From Eledone cirrhosa (Eukaryota): 64,000 nucleotides of DNA. The notes beneath the pieces were generated by a model, which worked only from the letters and a program-made list of their open reading frames with translations, had not been told where the DNA came from and did not search any database. The DNA is taken from the NCBI GenBank assembly GCA_964016885.1, contig OZ024741.1:344224001-344288000 (forward strand), written 5' to 3'. The position numbers and the translations under genes are program-made. Below are positions 12,792 through 27,071 of this stretch, in pieces (the stretch's first letter is position 1; the number at the start of each line of letters is the position of its first letter).

Positions 12792-13703
12792 TAGATACGT
12801 GTGTATAATGTTAACTATGGTTCTTCCATAGGCGGTATGCCAAAATTAGCACTCAATATTCATACAGAGCAGAGTGTGAATAGTATAAAAAAAACGAAAA
12901 ATCAGTGATGCATCTGGACTCGGTTTATTGCGTGTTACAATTGTTTCGCCGGCAGGTAACTCGAGATATGATCACTGTATGGATCTGGCTGATTCTACGG
13001 CTGCAGGTTCCTTCGGACACAGAAAATTCGTTCGGAGCAAATTTTCTCACTGGGGTGTTATCGTCAAAATACACCTTCAAAAAACTTCTTCCACTCTTGT
13101 CGTGCCATTGGCTGTTGTTTTTCTACGTCATCATAAGTTCTGGTCACTATTTACTGCTACACTGTTCATCAGCTATTTTTCGTCCGACACACTTCAATGG
13201 AGCCATGGTTTTGTTTATATTTGTATATGTGGAAGCATGTGTGTGTAAGCAAACATGCATATGCGCATATATCTGCATGTGGGTGTCCGTGTGCGTATGT
13301 ATATGTATGTGTATGTATATATGTACACGTATATATATATATATATGTGTATGCATGTATGTATGTGGGTATGTGTATGCAAGTAGAGTTATATATATGT
13401 GTGTGTATGTATGTGTGTATGTATGTGTGTATGTATTTATGTGTACGTATGTGTATTTCGTATGTATGTGTATATATATATATGTATATGGGGATATGCG
13501 TAGGTATATGTGTGCGATTATGTGTGTGTATATGTGTATGTTTGTGTGTGTGTGTGTGTACACATATAAACATATGTGTATATAAGTATGTATGTGTATG
13601 TGTGTATATACATGTATGTGTGTATATAAGTGTGCGTATACATATATGTATATGTGTATCCGTGTGTGTCTGCATGCGTGTGTATATGTGTGTGTGTCTA
13701 TGT

Positions 13704-13768
<65 letters not shown>

Positions 13769-14884
13769 GTGTGTGAATCTGTCAGTGGGTGGGGGGGCGT
13801 ACGTACACCCACATAGGACAAGGTTTGTCTATGTGTTTATATGCGGGTACATGTACTTGAGTGTAGATATATGTACAGGTGTGTGTATGTGTGTGTATGT
13901 GTGCTTGAGTCTCTGGAAGTGTGTCTGTCCTTGATGCCTATCCATAGGGATCTACGTGTATGTGCGTGTATGTATCTACATACGTGTCTGAGGTTGTTTG
14001 TGTATATATGTGCAGATGTGCCCGAACGCCGATATGTGTCTTTGTATGCGTGTACGTGTGTGTCTGCGCGTGTGTGCGCGTATGCGTGCGTTGGAGACCG
14101 GATGTAAGGGGCTGTTTAGGCAGGCGCCAATAGGCATGTGGCGGTCGGTATGTGGATGTGGGTGTGCTTGGGTATGTGTAAGAGAGGGAGAGTGTGTGTG
14201 TATATATGTGCATGGAGGTATGTGTGTCTACACATGTATGCGTACATATGTGTATGCATATAATAAGTTTCAAAGGATAAATAAACAGAGCGTAAGTGAA
14301 AGAAGAAATAATAATTTTTCAATTTTTCAACCTATCATTATAAGTATTATAACCTATCATTATAACCTATCATTATAAGTATTATAATGATAGGTTATAA
14401 TGATAGGTTGACTTTGCCTTTCATCCTTACGGGGTCGATAAAATAAAGTACTAGTAATGCACTGGGTAATTGCTGGCCTTGTGGCTAAAGTAGAAACAAT
14501 TATATCAAAACGTAATGAACCCTGCATTATGAATATTATTCTTCCACGTTAATCTTATTTCTTCTTTCACTTAGATATACTTACGCTGTGTATAATTATC
14601 CTTTGAAACTTATTTCTTCATGCACTCTATCTTCACTATCAATATATATAATCGTTCTTTCTTTCCTCTTCTATCTTTCTCCTTTCTTTTTTCTTTTCTT
14701 TTTTTTTTTTCTCTCTCCCTTACATATCATCTTCTTCTAACAGTTTAATTTAAATAAACCTTTATCTTTTCAACCTTTCGGACACTCATTTGCATACTCA
14801 CTCATAACTTTGTATCACCCTCAATAAATGTACTATCTCCACTACCCAGGAAGCTCCAACCGTTAAGGTTGTCTTTTTTTCCGG

Positions 14885-15030
14885 GTATGTCAATGTTTAT
14901 TTACAAAACAAATCTGTATTTTATCTGATGAAAGCGCACCATAATTGAAATATGTATAATATGGTGCTTGAAATATGTATAATAAAATAAATATGGTTTT
15001 ATAAATATAGTTTCCATTTATTAATATATT
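14885..15030 (+). mobile_element. pLTR-like fragment with HHR-like motif, same family as 36847-37220
   Basis: CTGATGA-aagcgcacca..tggtgctt-GAAATATGTA-taataaaata, matching 37095-37150. Confidence 0.55.
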
Positions 15031-15186
15031 GTATATATATATATATAAGAAAATTTCAAACATACGAAAGATTTCCTGGTGGAAGTTCAGATGTACTCCG
15101 GGTTGGTATCAAGTATCGAGGTGAAAGTCCAATCAGAAAATACAACGAATTATATATATATATATATATATATTTATATACGTAGT

Positions 15187-15259
<73 letters not shown>

Positions 15260-15480
15260 TGTATATATATGATGGCTGCAACTCGATTTCGAGTAATGCC
15301 ATTGCTTGATAATTAAGCATGAACATCACGGATGAGGCCTTTTAGTCCTGCTAGGGACTTGCCTATGGCCAGCAATGCATGTGCTTGAAGCTTTTTTAAG
15401 TGAGGAAAGTCTTTGCACGGGACCAATCCCACTCTCTAAACATCGAATGCATTTGCCCAAAATAAAGAATTGGTCTACAT

Positions 15481-16292
15481 CAAAGGTTCTCAACGGGGGC
15501 ATATGCACCCCCGGGGGGCGTTTCAGAACTCCAGGGGTGCGTTTGGAAGCAAGGTCGCGTTAGGGGGCCGTTTGGAGCTGGGGGAAGGGGTTAGGGGGGC
15601 GCTGGGATTTTCCATTTATTAGGATCTCAATAGGGAATAAATAGATCTACATAGTGTTAACTCGTTACGGTTGAGTCAATAATTTCAGACAAGATTCTAA
15701 CTGTCTGCGCTCAAAGTGTCTTTGACCCAGTTGACTGTGGGTTTTTCCATTTTTAGGATCTCAATTACCGGTTAACGTCTCAATTACCGGACATGCCTGC
15801 ACACCTGCTCACAGCTGCGGTTAGACTATAGTTATGCTGTCTGCAGCTGTGAGCGGGTGTGCAGGCATGTCCCGTAATTGAGACGTTAACCGGTAATTGA
15901 GATCCTAAAAATGGAAAAACCCACAGTCAACTGGGTCAAAGACACTTTGAGCGCAGACAGTTAGAATCTTGTCTGAAATTATTGACTCAACCGTAACGAG
16001 TTAACACTATGTAGATCTATTTATTCCCTATTGTATAAATAATATTACAAATAAAAAAAGGAAAAGAAAAAAACAGAAGCGAGTAGAACACACATCTAGG
16101 ACCACATACAACACATAATCAGATAATACACACATGTTTGGAATATTGTTAATCAATTATTTAGTAATCTACTGATATAAAAATCAGTAGTATATTGAAA
16201 AAGTGAAAAAATAGGGTGGCGAGGGGGGGGGGCGTTTCATGATTTCGAGGGACAAAAGGGGGCATTTGGCTTAAATGGGTTGAGAACCTGTG
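15481..16292. mobile_element. Non-autonomous hAT (Charlie-like) DNA transposon with a large internal palindrome
   Basis: TIRs caaaggttctcaac / gttgagaacctgtg; 8-bp TSD gtctacat / gtctatat; internal inverted repeat 15628-15820 vs 15841-16033. Confidence 0.85.
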
Positions 16293-17020
16293 GTCTATAT
16301 CATAGGATGTAAACGAAGTCGCAGGTTTTATATCAGAATGACCTTCTCCTAGAGAGATGTCTTAATGAAGACTCGGAGTCTCTCGCCCCACAAAAAAAAA
16401 AACTTTATTTTATGGCCGTTGATTCTGCCGAGTTCCTCCGCTCTTTTTACATTAGCTAAAGAGAGCCTGGGAGAAGGGAGGCGGGGTGATACAAAGAAAG
16501 GGAGAGAAAGGGAGATTATGATCGCCTGAGTGAATGTGTATGTATATATTCTCCCTCTCTCTATCTCTCTCTGTCTCTCTCTCTTCATATATATATGTGT
16601 GTGTGTGTGTGTGTGCGTGCGTGCGTGTGTGTGTGAGTGTGTGTGTGCGTGTGTGCGTGTGTGTGCGTATATATATATACGCGTGTGTATTCATTCGAGT
16701 CGGTGTGTGTACAGTGACACCACCACACACGCATTCTATGCGGTCAACTGATTTACCAACGTCAGGTGAGACCGAGTTTCAAGAGACTAATATAATTGTG
16801 CCTGTATAGATCGAAATATTGAACGAGGCATAACGTTATGTGCCCTAGGTGGAAGAAACTGAGGAAAATAATCATAAGGGACAGGACTGGAGTTTCCGTC
16901 TTCACATTAAGTGATACAGTTTACTGCAGAACAGACTTTTAACAGTTCTACCAAGTATATTCTAATCCCGCATTCAATGGCTCTTCCTGTCCACCTATTT
17001 CCGTCACCGGGCTACGTTAC

Positions 17021-17022
<2 letters not shown>

Positions 17023-17051
<29 letters not shown>

Positions 17052-17503
17052 CTTCTTCTTCTTCTTCTTCTTCTTCTTCTTCTTCTTCTTCTTCTTCTTT
17101 CCTTGAGAGGGTCGTGAGAGCAGAGTCCTCAAACACTCCTTCCAGCAGGTCAAAAGCAACCGTCTCCAATTGATCCGGCTGGATCGCCAATCGTGACCAG
17201 TCAAGCTCATGGATTTTATCTAACCATCTTGTTCGAAGTCTTCCCCTGGGTCCCTTGCCGGTTGGTTTTGCCCGCAAAATCTGTCCAACGATTCTTTCCT
17301 GAGACATTCTAGCCATATGCCCATAGTATCGGAGCTGTGATCTCTCAGTTCGGAGAAGTAGTAGCTCCGCCTGAAGTGACTCTCTGACCTCCGTTACGCA
17401 CTTTATTGAGTAATGTTACTCCAAAGACCCCTCGGAGGGACTCCCATTTCGGTCGCTTGTATTGGCGATTGTATTCTTTCGGTCATTACCCAAGATTCAT
17501 GAC
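17023..17503 (-). mobile_element. RTE LINE 3' fragment with (GAA)n tail
   Basis: ORF 17017-17316 MARMSQERIVGQILRAKPTGKGPRGRLRTRWLDKI, preceded by QLRYYGH (manual translation); ends in (GAA)n. Confidence 0.8.
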
Positions 17504-17617
17504 GCTATTTTAAAAATAATTCCTTATAGTGATCGACTAATAGCATTGTCAGCTATGGCGGGATGACTAGATTACAAGTTAACCAGATGCTTTTAAAGTC
17601 AACTGTACACACACACA

Positions 17618-17754
<137 letters not shown>

Positions 17755-17950
17755 ATACTTGGGGAGGGTCATATTTGTGTAATATTGCCAGAATTAATAA
17801 CAGAACACACTCACTGTTTGGTTGGTTTTCGCTTCTCGCTGTCTTTTATATCGGTAATCTAACTTACTCGGTCCTCAATGTTGCCATTGACTGACCGACG
17901 GTCAAAAATAATACAGATACAATATAGACACAAACACATATATATAGTTT

Positions 17951-17992
17951 ATCATAAATCTTTCGTTGCACATCTGCAACATCGTCAGTGGT
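17951..17992 (-). ncRNA. Degenerate hammerhead in PLE 3' region
   Basis: Minus strand: acca-CTGACGA-t-gttgca(gatg)tgcaac-GAAAG-at-TTA-tgat; stem I has a mismatch. Confidence 0.55.
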
Positions 17993-18231
17993 GTTATATT
18001 TTCCTCCTGTTGTGTTGTATGTCTACGCCATTTTTATTCAGTCTGTCTATATATTTATTTATTTATTTGCTTGTTTGTTTATTTTATTTTGTCTTCTTTG
18101 CGCATGTGTTTGCGTGTGTGTATAGTGTTATGTTTGCTGTGTGATGGGTGACTAGTGTGTGTTTATGTGCTTGTTGTTATTGTGCTTGTGTATGTATTTA
18201 TTTATTTATTTATCTTATTTTATTTACTTAT

Positions 18232-21200
18232 TTATACTTCTCTTAGGTCAGTGTTGTTTGTTTGGGTGTTGTTGTTATTCCATTCATTCTTTCTGTTTAG
18301 CTTTGGTCTTCTAATTTCTATTTCACTGGCCTCTCTGATTTGCCTATCTGCTAGGTCATTTCTATGTTTATATATTATTCTAATTTCCATGTTGTCTATG
18401 TTACCGTCATGTTGTTGTCTAGCATGTTCGTATAGTACTGACCCGTTTTTTCAACATTTTAGTTCCCCCCAGTGTTGGTCTATCCTTTCACCTATGCTAC
18501 GAGCTGTCTCACCTATGTATGTTGTTGTCATGTTTCTGCAAGTACCCTCTGTACATCTTATGCTATAGACTACGTTTCTAGTTTTACAGTTTATCCGGGG
18601 GTTCACCTTACATATGATACATTTCCTATTGGTACAGTGGGTTTTCTTAAAAGGGTAGGTTTTGCTGATCAGGGATTTTATGGTGGTTCCTGGCTTTTCT
18701 ACCACCTTTATTTTTAAGTGGGTCTTTCTCAGGGCCTTTCTATACTGGTTAGCTAATTTCCCTCCAGGGGTGGCGTCCACAAACATGACACTCTGGTATC
18801 TCTGGTTGTCGTACCATGAGGTGGCTTTCCCTATCTTATGTCTAGCCCTATCTAAGCTATTCCATGATTTGCTCCTGTATAATGGGCAAATTCCTTTCAT
18901 GTCCAGTTCTATGAGGGTCTTATACTTTTCCATGGCTCCTTCGTATACTCTGACTCTGTCTCTTTGGTTGTAGCCAGAGAACTGCATGCGGTTGATGAAG
19001 TGTTGGATGTGTCTTTCCATTTCTGTTGGGTCGCACATGCGGGACACATTCTTCATCACTCGTACCAAATCTGCGATCAGAATATTAAACTTAGCAATAC
19101 TGGACATTGCTGAGTTTTTGATTTTGAGTATCAGGTATTTGGAGGCCATGGGTTTAGCATAGTGTGAGTGGAGAATTTGGGCTCTCTCGTCTATAGTGTT
19201 AATCCAGAGTTCTGTGTCTAATACAGGTAGTCTATTGTTAGGGTGTTTGGAAGGGAAGTCAATAGTTACAGTTATACTCTGGTGTATGGAATTAGCTATC
19301 TGCTGGATGCTTTCCATCGTGCTACGTTCTAAATCAAACTTGTTAGTGCTCTCTAGTTGGGGTGTCCTTATAACTATATTGATATCGTCTACATAACGAG
19401 AGTACATGATGAGGTCTATGGAGCTTTCATTAAGGAGATCTTTAAGTCTCCTTTCCCACCATACCATGAAAAGGTTGGCAACATCACCAGCTATGCTGAC
19501 GCCGATGGCTGCTCCCTCATTTTGGGTGTAGATTTTCTCATTGAACTTAAATATGTGGCCCTTTAGGGTAGTTTTGATACTAGCCCCTATTGCATGTGCG
19601 ACCATTTTTCTTACCTGATCATTGTTTTGGGGGGTCCGTATAGCTTTGGTCCACCCAATCCACCTTCCCATGGGAGTCTTTTTTGCCATTGAGGTTATGG
19701 TGGGGGGTCTACCTCTTATAGGTCTACTAGGGCAGAAACATCTAAGGTCATGGCTGTCTAGGTAGTCAGTGTCGTAGGTAAGACTAAGTAGGAGGCCCAG
19801 TTCGTCTGTGTTGACGTCGCAGAACTCCACCTCACTCTCAATGATCATCTCCACACATCTTTTCACAGCAAAATCAATGTTAATGGATGGGTACAGTGAC
19901 ACCACATCCATGCTGCCTATTATGCAGTTGGATAGGCTCCTGTTTTTGTTGCACTCACTGATTCTGCTGAGGAGGTCCTCTGTACTGTCACATACATCTG
20001 GGGACATCTTCATTATGGGGCGTGGAACCATTGAGAGGAAGTAGGAGATCCTGTAGTTGCTAGCTATATTAGCTCCGCATACGGGTCTTGTTGGTGGTCC
20101 TGTTGTCGGGTCGTCGACTGTCTTGTGGTCTTTGCGGAGCCCATACAAGGGTGGTATGCCATTGTTAGACGCCTGGAAGTTGTTGGCAGTGCGTCTGCTT
20201 GACTTTAGGATGTCAGTCCACATCATCATGTGAGCGTTGAGGATTTTTTCTCTCCCATCGTGTGTTTGTTGTGCAACTTCGCTCGTGTTGGTGATGTGGG
20301 GTTGCATAGCCTCGATGTAGTTCGGCATGCTATCTATTGACATCCTACCAGACGTATCCGTGGGTAGGCACACTACCTCACCATCCATTGTGCGCTGCTT
20401 GAGGCTAACCAAGCCTTCTACAGGTTTCCTCCCAAGTTGTTGGGCCTCTGGTCTGCTCTGTCTCTTAGTATACCTGTCTACTATTTGTCTAATCTTATTT
20501 CTAGCTATGGTGAACTGTGCCTCTGTCTCGTCATGTATTTGTTGTGGTATGCAAACTCTTTTATTAAAGGGTAACCTCGTAGGATAGATATTACCCATCT
20601 TATATGTTTTGTCAGCTGGGTTGAAAAATAGTTTCTCTAAGGGGTTGTCATTATATCTATCGTCTTAGTTGTGTGTGTTGCTATTGTTGTTATCAGGGTG
20701 GTTGTTGTTGTTTCTATCATTAGCATTATTATTATTGTTATGATTGCTAGATGTATTGTTGTTTACTTCAACGTTATTGTTGTTGTTGTTACTGTTATTT
20801 CTACCATTGTGGTTGTTACTTTTATTATGTTTCTTGTTTTTGTTGTGTCTATCATTGATGTTGCTACATGTACTATTTCCATTATTACCACTGTGGTTAT
20901 TGTTGTTGTTGTTCGTATTGTTACCGTTATTACTACTGTGGTCGCTGTTGCTGTGTCTGTGGTTAATGTTTCTATTATTATTATTATTGTGGTTGTTGTT
21001 GTTCTGTCTATCGCTAGTATTATTACCCTTATCACTATTTCTCACTTTCCTGCTATTGTTATAGTTATGGCTGTTATTTCTATACTCAGAGTTATTGTTT
21101 ATATTACTACTACCGTTATTATTGTTGTTGTTGTTTACCTTTGCATTCCAACGTATTTTTGTGAAACACTTTTCCAGCTCCGTTTTGCACTCCATAGGGT

Positions 21201-21347
21201 TGATCTTTTTGTAGATGGCAAATCTTGGTAGTAGCCGCAGGATTTGTTGTTCTTGTTCACTGATTAAAGTGTTCCCATAGATATTTACTGTGTGGTCATT
21301 GGTAAATTCTTCCGGTAGTTTTACATCAGTCATACGGATATTGTCGA
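18232..21347 (-). pseudogene. PLE polyprotein (N-terminal region, Asn-rich insert, RT, GIY-YIG) interrupted by two in-frame stops
   Basis: GSMDVVSLYPSI, QNEGAAIG, RYVDD, LPVLD, CTNRKCIIC, VVYSIRC..YIGETAR..R..QH. ORFs 20665-21423 and 18451-20598 share a frame. The frame continues past TGA 18451-18453 as KNGSVLYEH..RQIREASEI..PKLNRKNEW to TAA at 18232. Confidence 0.92.
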
Positions 21348-21439
21348 TATTACACAAATATGACCCTCCCCAAGTATAACAATATTTGTTTCGACACACG
21401 ATTTCATATAAAAAGCCTCGCAAAACTAATTCATCGCCG

Positions 21440-21501
<62 letters not shown>

Positions 21502-21661
21502 TTATTTTAAGATGACCTCCTTTACCCTTTTGGGGTCAGCGTGTATTTTTTCTTTGGGAGAACTGCTAGATTCTAATCTTCTAGTCTCTTCTTAGCGCTG
21601 AGGGAGACTATCCCCATTCTGTTAATGTCCATATAATTCTTATATCGTTATTAATTGAGCA

Positions 21662-21785
21662 TCCACTGATGAGTTTATAAGAGCCCGCTTGTGTATAAAA
21701 CTATAGATTATATACAAGTTTCTACATAACCTGGAAATTATTTATCCCAAATTGTAGAAATCTTATAACGAAACGGCCGTCTGGA
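21662..21785 (+). ncRNA. Type I hammerhead ribozyme with large branched stem II
   Basis: tcca-CTGATGA-gtttataaga..tcttataac-GAAAC-ggcc-GTC-tgga; palindromic stem III ACGGCCGT; lies in a ~460-bp insert between (TA)n tracts. Confidence 0.82.
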
Positions 21786-22008
21786 AGAAATGAGATATTT
21801 ATTTAATAATGTCTCATATAAAATAATACAACCAATTATCAACGAAATACTGATTAGTTAGCACCCCAAACACTTAATTGGGATAATACTTAAGTATATC
21901 CTAATGTTTGTTGAGTGAGATGGAGTTGGTCGGAGTATCGCTTAAAACTTTCTCTGTTTATGTATTGTATATATATATATATATATATGTATATACACAC
22001 ACACACAC

Positions 22009-22075
<67 letters not shown>

Positions 22076-22493
22076 TATACATATACATATATATATATAT
22101 ATACATATGCTGTGTATACACACACACACACATATATATGTATATATCTTTTTAAAAGGTATCTATATTTAAAGTTCTAGTTAAACTTTAATTAGTTACC
22201 TCCCAAGCAATGTGTGCTTACACACTTTTACAAATTATTCCCTGTGAATTTTTCATATATTTATTTTAGATATATATATATGTATTTATATATATATTTA
22301 CATATGCTATCGTAATCAAAATTCACTCACTTTTTGAACCCCATCTAAATGATATTGTGCTGTTTCTTATGCATCTTCCCGGCCGCTTGTTCTGAGCCCT
22401 TGTGCAAGCTGGGCTCAATATGTTCTAAATTGCATTACTTGTGGGTGGCTATTGAGGAAGATAGATGCTCTCATTCATTCGTGTGCAACATTG

Positions 22494-22554
<61 letters not shown>

Positions 22555-22687
22555 TTTTTTTAAATGATGAAATTTCGTTTACATTTATTCAGATTTTTTG
22601 TGTAATGCATATACGTAGAGTGCAAGTTTTGGTACCACTACGAATAATTCACTGAATCATCTACACTATATATATGGGGGGGGGGGG

Positions 22688-22825
22688 TTAAAAAGTAAAC
22701 AGCAATAACAACACAATCGGTACAGTATATGGAAGGAATGTATTAGGTTAACGTTTGAAATAGCAGGAAGAGGTTCTTAACGTTTCGGACGCTTGTCGTT
22801 CATCAGAAGAAAGAATGAGAAAGTA
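22688..22825 (-). mobile_element. Solo PLE terminal fragment with minimal HHR (22775-22810)
   Basis: Diverged reverse complement of 24911-25045. Confidence 0.7.
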
Positions 22826-23705
22826 GACAGATTGAAGTAACGGGCGGGGTGGTATTGGAAGAAATGTTTTTAGAAAAAATATATTTATAAATGAATGTAA
22901 GTATATTGAAACAGACGGGCTCAGCATAATTTACGTCTACCAAACGTCATCCACAAGACATTGATCAAAGCGAGCGTATAGTAGGCGACACTTACTCAAA
23001 ATACCACGTCATGGGACTGAACCTTAAATCCCGGTGTTGCGATGCCAACTTCTTCATACGACAGCCATGCCTACTACTTCGAATTTATTTACATTTCATA
23101 CATATAGTAATTATAGTTTTAGCCGGAGTATGAACTACCAGTCCCGCCCACGTAAACCAAAAGTTTTGAACAAATGATTCATACAATACCAAGTTTCTCC
23201 GTCTGCCTAGTTGATACCTTCAGACTATATATATTAAATAGTGTAAAGAATAACATTCTGCAGACTCTGTTTTGTTTTTATGTGCAGACTTCGTTCACCA
23301 GCTCAACATATATGCGACGTCTTTAACAACAAATACTGTTACATACTATTTATATAGTCGACATCTACCAAATGTGGTTTAGCCACTTGATATTTACAAT
23401 ATTATTACTATTTTACTATCTATTCGACCCCATTTTTCTAGCACAGATAAATGGAGACAACTACTAGACTATACGTTAATCAGTAGTTTCGATCAACAAA
23501 TGACAAATCCTACTGCTTTGATGGCAGCTGGAGTGGAGCAGTTGAAGATTTCGATTCCCGTGTTCAAATGCTACTTACTGTATCGAGACTGGAAGAATGA
23601 AATACAAGATCATCAAACTGGGTGAATATAAATAACACAACGTATTTTGTGCTACGTATAAACGATTCTACAAACCCACTACCTGTATATTTATATATAT
23701 AGGGT

Positions 23706-23736
<31 letters not shown>

Positions 23737-24075
23737 CATATATATTTATATATATATATATATATGTGGCAGTACATTGACCATTCCGCCCCTGCCTTCT
23801 ATCTTTACACACGGCACTAGACAAAATCGTTTCTTCATCATACAGTCTCATCCGCGAACAGTTCTGTATGGCGCCAGTTCGTGATTTGAACTCGAGAATT
23901 TTATATTCTCCGAGTGAGAAGAACCCTCTGACGAAAGTCTTCTTCTCAATGAATTTCCGCATGGATTATCCATTTATTTTGAGACTTGAAACCGCGCGGT
24001 AAGGGTAATTATAGCAGGTACAGTGAACTTTTTAAAATTTATTTTAAAACTTTTTCTGATTTGCTAAACCTTGAT

Positions 24076-24169
<94 letters not shown>

Positions 24170-24171
<2 letters not shown>

Positions 24172-25045
24172 GGAAAAACGGGACGCCGTAAGGCGGACCG
24201 TTTTGTCGAACATTTGAGGGATATACGACCCGGTTTGGATACTCCTGTCGCCCGTCATTTCTGTTCTCCGGGTCATTCTTCCCTACATGTTTCAGTCCTG
24301 AGTGTCCTTTTACATCATGGATCACAGGCCTCGCGCACCAGATCTGAACAAAGTCTGACTCACCACCTTGGGTCCTATTCCCCTCTTGGACTCAACTCAC
24401 CTCCCCAATTTCTCCAATACCCCGTCCATTATCACACCCCTAGATTCCTATCGCTTTCTCTTGATCATTAACATCTTCTCTTACAACTAATACAGGCCGA
24501 CTGTATATGCTCTCTCCACTTTTCCCTTCACTGCTCTGTATACACAGATACACACCCTTATATTAACATACTTTTGCTCATAGCTTCGTACTTACATGCA
24601 CACACACACTTTTACTCGCATACACACACACATTTCTTCTTAGCTTTGTACGGACGTATAATAACACACACACACACATACGCACACACACATGCTTACG
24701 CACGTGCACAAGTATGCTCTTTTTACAAAAAGGTTTTTTTTCCATTTCAGGTAGACGCGCTCCATTATCCACTTTTCTAAAAAAACAAATCATACACAAA
24801 ACGCCAGCACCAACAGTTTTGCAAGAGATGTCAACATGAATGGACCTGTTATTTTTATCTAAAGACATTTTTTCCAATTCCATCCCGCCCGTTCCCTCAA
24901 TCTATTTTATTTCTCATTCTTTCTTCTGATGAAGGACGAGCGTCCGAAACGTTAAGACCCTCTTCCTGATATATCAAGCGTTAACCTAATATATCCCTTC
25001 CATATACTGTGCCGATTGTGTTGTTATTTCTGTTTACATTTTACA
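24170..25045 (+). mobile_element. PLE 3' fragment (Neptune-like GIY-YIG + 3' UTR)
   Basis: GKTGRRKADRFVEHLRDI..TPVARHF..GH..RSEQ..LGSYSPLGLN within ORF 23986-24471; terminal HHR. Confidence 0.8.
24922..24957 (+). ncRNA. Minimal hammerhead ribozyme
   Basis: tctt-CTGATGA-a-ggac(gagc)gtcc-GAAAC-GTT-aaga; palindromic AACGTT in place of stem III, the usual minimal PLE form. Confidence 0.8.
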
Positions 25046-25494
25046 TATATATATCTATAATTTTATAAAGCTAGGTGTCGTCTATATGATTATGTATGTA
25101 TCCTACACACTTCCCTATAGTTTCTTAGCTTTACTCTCTCTGTCGCTCTTCCCTCTCTCTATAATAGATCATTCCTCCTCTCTACTCTCAAATATTATAA
25201 AGCTGAGCATCGTCTCTCTCTCTCTCCCTCTTTTACCCTCTCTATAATTTAACTGCTCCACTCTCTGTCTCTCTTTACTCTCTATATGACAACACTCTTT
25301 TACTTTCCGTAGAGATGAGCGTCGTATCTAAATTCGGTCAACACATATGTATCCTACACAGTTCCCTATAGTTTCTTAGCTTTACACTCTCCGTCGCTCT
25401 TCCCTCTCTCTATAATAGATCATTCCCACTCTCTATAATTTAACTGCTTTACTCTCACTGTCGCTCTTCACTCTCTAACATTATAAAGCTGAGC

Positions 25495-25563
<69 letters not shown>

Positions 25564-25772
25564 GCTCGCTCGCTCGCTCTCTCTCTCTCTCTCTTTCACC
25601 CTCTCTGTAATTTAACTGCTTTACTCTCTGTCTCTCCTCACTCTCTATATGACAATACTCTGGTTGCAGAACGAAAATACAGACAAATATAATAATGTAT
25701 GTATCCCACACACTTTTTCTGTCGTCGCTCGCATAAGTAACACACACACACACACACACACACATACATACA

Positions 25773-25827
<55 letters not shown>

Positions 25828-26095
25828 ACGCACACACACACACAAATACACATACTTTCACCACTGATTTCGCCAATTGCCGGATAACATCAAAACAAAA
25901 CACACAGACACACACACATACACAAACACACATACACATACACAAACACACACACACATATTTATACTTTATATGTATGTATGTAAGATCATTCCCCCTC
26001 TCTATAATTTAACTGCTTTACTCTCTCTGTCGCTCTTCACTCTCTATATGACAACACTGTTTTAGTTTCCGTATCTCCCTTCAATATATACACGC

Positions 26096-26156
<61 letters not shown>

Positions 26157-26268
26157 TTAAGAAAACTACACAGAAACATCTACAGAGAGACAGAAAAACA
26201 GAGGGAGGGGAAAAGAAAGAAATAGGCCGTTAGACAGAGAGAGATACAATTAAAGTGTTAGTTATTCA

Positions 26269-26331
<63 letters not shown>

Positions 26332-26426
26332 AAGGACAATGTGACACTGGAGATGGTGTGGTATCTTTGCAGTGGAGTGGTGGGGGGAGGTATACCTAGC
26401 CGAGCGCCAGCCGGACGGGCCAACTA

Positions 26427-26467
<41 letters not shown>

Positions 26468-26471
<4 letters not shown>

Positions 26472-26750
26472 GGTGTTGAAGTGTATTTAAAGCATTGTGG
26501 AATAATAAGATTGGTTGCTTTGGAAGCCCCAACAATGCAGATGTGTAAATCTCCGGGTAAAAGAATCAGGTGGTAATGAGAGAGAGATGTAGGAGGAAAT
26601 GTAGAATGAGACGTAGTGGGTGTAGAGGAATGTAAGGAAAGTGTAAAAATAATAACACGGGGTATATTTCGGATTTCGCATCCATCAACTGCGAGTTTTC
26701 CGAGGGGAAAAAGCTTTTTGTCGGAGAGGGAGGACACGTGACCTCTCTTG
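26468..26750 (-). mobile_element. Solo diverged copy of the 44243-44937 family
   Basis: Shares agcattgtggaa, ttggaagcc, gtaaatctccgggtaa and tatatttcggatt..catccatcaactg with that family. Confidence 0.65.
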
Positions 26751-26938
26751 TTTATGGTGTGCATACAACTATATATATACATATATGATGGTTGCAAACT
26801 CTACTAATAGTATTGCAATCGCTTGTCAGATTAGAGAAAATGGTGTAATTTTAATTTACGGCCAGCCACACGAATCTATAACACAGCCTAAACAAGCAAT
26901 GGCTGTGCTTCGAAGGTTTTTTTAAGTGGGATATATAT

Positions 26939-27071
<133 letters not shown>

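Noticed and set aside
12860-13200. Possible host exon in higher-complexity sequence
   Set aside because: No recognisable domain; the minus-strand frames checked contain stops, and the plus-strand ORFs run into microsatellite.
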